Shown one piece after another: positions 53,581 to 64,000 of a DNA stretch of 64,000 nucleotides. Location of the stretch: assembly GCA_963693365.1 (NCBI GenBank), contig CAVNZM010000003.1, positions 6,641,448 to 6,705,447 on the forward strand, read 5' to 3'. The translations under genes and the position numbers were made by a program. Each line of letters starts with the position of its first letter. Position 1 is the first letter of the stretch. This DNA comes from Amoebidium appalachense. Its lineage: Eukaryota; Protista; Ichthyosporea. The notes beneath the pieces were generated by a model. It was not told the DNA's origin and did not search any database. It was given only the letters and a program-made list of their open reading frames with translations.

Positions 53581-53691
53581 TGATTCACATTTAATGTGAA
53601 TCACCCTAATTGACCGATTTTCCAAAATTCCCGGGATACAAGATTGATTCACATTCAAATTACATTGGGGTTACACATTCAGCGAACACTG
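53581..53691. repeat. Right-hand palindrome/motif cluster
   Basis: TGATTCACATT-T-AATGTGAATCA perfect inverted repeat at 53581-53603; ATTGATTCACATT at ~53643-53655; ends GCGAACACTG. Confidence 0.75.
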
Positions 53692-54513
53692 GACTCTATC
53701 GAACCGTCGAGGCGCCGCGACAGAAAGCATGCACGCGGCCGCCTGCAGCGAACGTAAGTTCATCGCAGCGCGTGCACACCGTCAGTACGTGTAAGGCCCG
53801 GGGCCAAAAAAAAAAAAAAAAAAACCTCAGCCAGAGCACTGTAGGTTCATCTATCGTACACACGAGAGCTAAGCCTACAGAGAGTGCACATGTTTCAGGC
53901 CTGTGTGACTTGCCAGAGGTTGGCGGGGTGACTGTGACGTCGACCCAATTGATCAAGCTTTGCAAGCCTTGACCCAAGAGCCTGAGCCCCGCTGACCAAC
54001 ACCGAGGTCACGTTGAGGTCGCCAAGCCATAGTCTATGTAGCACTAATGGGCTTTTTTTTCCTCCTGGGTTTGTGTGTGGCCATAAAAGGGGCGCTCAGA
54101 CGCACAACACAGAGAAGAGGGCCGTGCAATACTCTGAGTGGCTCTCTGCTTGTTATTGTTTCCTGAAAGATCGAACACCAGGAGACAAGAACGTCCTGGA
54201 GCTTTAGCAGACAGAGGTCACCGTGGTGAAAGCGGGAGGGAGAGGGGGGAGGGGGGGGGGAGGGGAGGGAGGGAAAGAAAGAGCGAGGCCGCGGAGGAGG
54301 GAGGGAGGGAGGGAAGAAAGGAGGCCCTGAGGAGGGAGGGAGGGAGGGAGGCAGGGGGAGAAACCCCGGGGAGGGAAGGAGGGACTCCGGGGAGGGAGTG
54401 AGGGAGGGAGGGAGGGAAATCGGCACACACACACACACAGTCACACACACATACACGCACACACACACACAAACACACACACACACACACACCAACACAC
54501 ACGCACAGATCCT

Positions 54514-54593
<80 letters not shown>

Positions 54594-56085
54594 AGAGACG
54601 GAGAGAGAGAGAGAGATAAAGAGACGGAGCGAGAGAGAGGGGGGGGGGGGGGGGGGGAAAGAAAGAAGGGGGAGTAGGGGGAGAGCCAAGCTTGAGAGGG
54701 GACGAAGGGGAAAGGGGGGAGGCTCTCAGAGAGAAAAGAGCGAATATTTGGGGAGGAGAGAGAGAGCGCGCTAAAGACACATGCACTGTGGCACTCGCAC
54801 GCACACGTTTGCAAAACACACACACACACACAAAACACACACAGACACAGAGAGAGACGGGCGAAAGAGCTATACATATGGAGACACCACACACAGAAAC
54901 ACCCAGACACAGGCACACACACGTGACCCACACAACTGCTTGCACGTCTGCTTAAACGCACGCATGCGAAATTGCTCACACAGTCATCCAGGAAGGCAAG
55001 TCAAAGCCTCGAACACACACCGTGACACACGCACACAAATGCTTGCACGTGTCAGCGCAGCTGTGAAATGCATACATAGAAGCACGCACGTGCACACACA
55101 CTGCCGGTTCGCGGGCCCGGATCGGGCCCCGGGCCCGGGTGAGTGATGATGAGTGTACACTCAGCGCGACTGCGGATAGAAACCAGGCACAAGTAGGCTT
55201 ATGCATACTGACACTGCTTCAAGCAGACAAGGCTTCTTTATCTCCCTGGGCTTGATTGCAGAGCAACCGTGTAGCTCGCCCGCACACAAACTTCCACACA
55301 CACACACAGACACGGTGTCCGCACCGATATCATCATCGTGGCACACTGTCAAGGAGCTCTCTCTCTGTCAATGCCTCAGGCCTCTCCTGCAACAACGCTC
55401 CGCTCCCCCTGCTCTCCCTATACTCAGTATTTTCGTGCAAATTATGTTTCTCAAAATTGCATGTAGTACATGTACGTGCTCTTTAGTTAAACTTTCAAGT
55501 GTCGTCCAAAGCTCTTGAGATATAAAACATATTCCTATATCATACAAAAAACATGTTATGTAATGTAGGCTAGAGTTTTAAGAAGTAGGAGGCTGTTTCT
55601 GTTTGGTGTCGAAAATGTTAAATTATTGGTTTCTGACTGAATATTTGGATTTTTTCAATGAACCCACCCTTTAAGAGCGTAAGGGGTATGCTGCTCCTTC
55701 ATGGTTACGTAGCTCTCCGTTTTCTGTGCACAACGCGCATGTTGAACGAGCCTCAAATGAGGTCTCATGTTTTGTTTTATAGCGTGTTCGATCGCACAAG
55801 CACACTTCGAAATATCACCAAGTTAAGGCGGGCATGTCTGTTAGCATTCATTATATATGTAGGAAGTACGCCCACGTCCACTCTTACCTAGCAAGAACAC
55901 ACAGTTTAAACCATCTTGCTGTTCATAAGTGGTCACAACTTGCCATTCAGATCACCAAACCATTTATTTAAAAGCATAGAAGGACATACAAAGACATTGT
56001 GTTTTCCCGACGCCCCTGTTTCATGTATACACTCTCACCCCTGGTCGCTAGCTTTGCCCGCCCTGCATGGTGGGTGTAAGGGCCG

Positions 56086-63410
<7,325 letters not shown>

Positions 63411-63412
63411 GT

Positions 63413-63529
<117 letters not shown>

Positions 63530-63553
63530 CTGTGTGTGTGTGTGTGTTTGTGT

Positions 63554-63623
<70 letters not shown>

Positions 63624-63638
63624 TGGGTGGGTGGGTGG

Positions 63639-63669
<31 letters not shown>

Positions 63670-63694
63670 TCTGTGTGTGTGTGTGTGTTTGTGT

Positions 63695-63747
<53 letters not shown>

Positions 63748-63759
63748 CCTGTATCTGTG

Positions 63760-63809
<50 letters not shown>

Positions 63810-64000
63810 CACGCGTGTTTGTTTTTGTGTGTTTGTTGTGCCTGCTGCAAATGTTTGTGTGTGTGTGTATGGGTGTGTTCGCACACTTGTGGATTTATGC
63901 ACATTTGTTTTTGCTCGTGTATGTGTATACGTCATCCCCACACGGGCGCATGTATTCGTGTATATAATAGCATAGGTGCATATATTTGCTTTTCTATAAT

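Larger units (their letters stand above)
47661..53691 (-). mobile_element. Putative decayed DNA-transposon-like element with fragmented minus-strand coding remnants
   Basis: The same 23-bp palindrome and oppositely oriented TGATTCACATT motifs occur at both ends. Inside are stop-riddled, coding-like blocks at ~49430-49742, 50085-50267 (CPKC), ~51610-51880 and 52731-53069. No TSD or transposase motif recognised. Confidence 0.35.

Overview
Intron-rich eukaryotic genomic DNA saturated with (CA/GT)n, (GA)n and poly-G/C tracts. Almost all ORFs in the supplied track are microsatellite artefacts; real genes had to be rebuilt exon by exon. Gene content and style suggest a unicellular opisthokont/holozoan such as an ichthyosporean (inference only). 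Supported genes: a decayed multi-exon zf-MYND gene (+, ~421-6268), RPS5 (+, 4 exons), a UBXN4/erasin orthologue (+, 11 coding exons), a divergent pair of intronless microprotein ORFs with mitochondrial-presequence-like N-termini, a bacterial-type alpha-acetolactate decarboxylase carrying 4 spliceosomal introns and an RHH-like N-terminal extension (-), an intronless class-C-GPCR-like multipass membrane protein (-), and the 5' part of RIC1 (+, 7 exons, runs off the window). Notable non-genic structure: many 3' splice sites are (CA)n-CAG with no polypyrimidine tract, several introns are G/GT-rich at the 5' end and C/CA-rich at the 3' end, a dispersed repeat of up to ~250 bp ending in a C-run sits sense-oriented in introns, an exon-junction-seeded tandem array fills part of an ALDC intron, and two 23-bp palindromes bracket a decayed ~6-kb element. 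Several single-base frameshifts fall in homopolymers and are probably long-read errors. All protein family calls come from remembered motifs, not from database searches.
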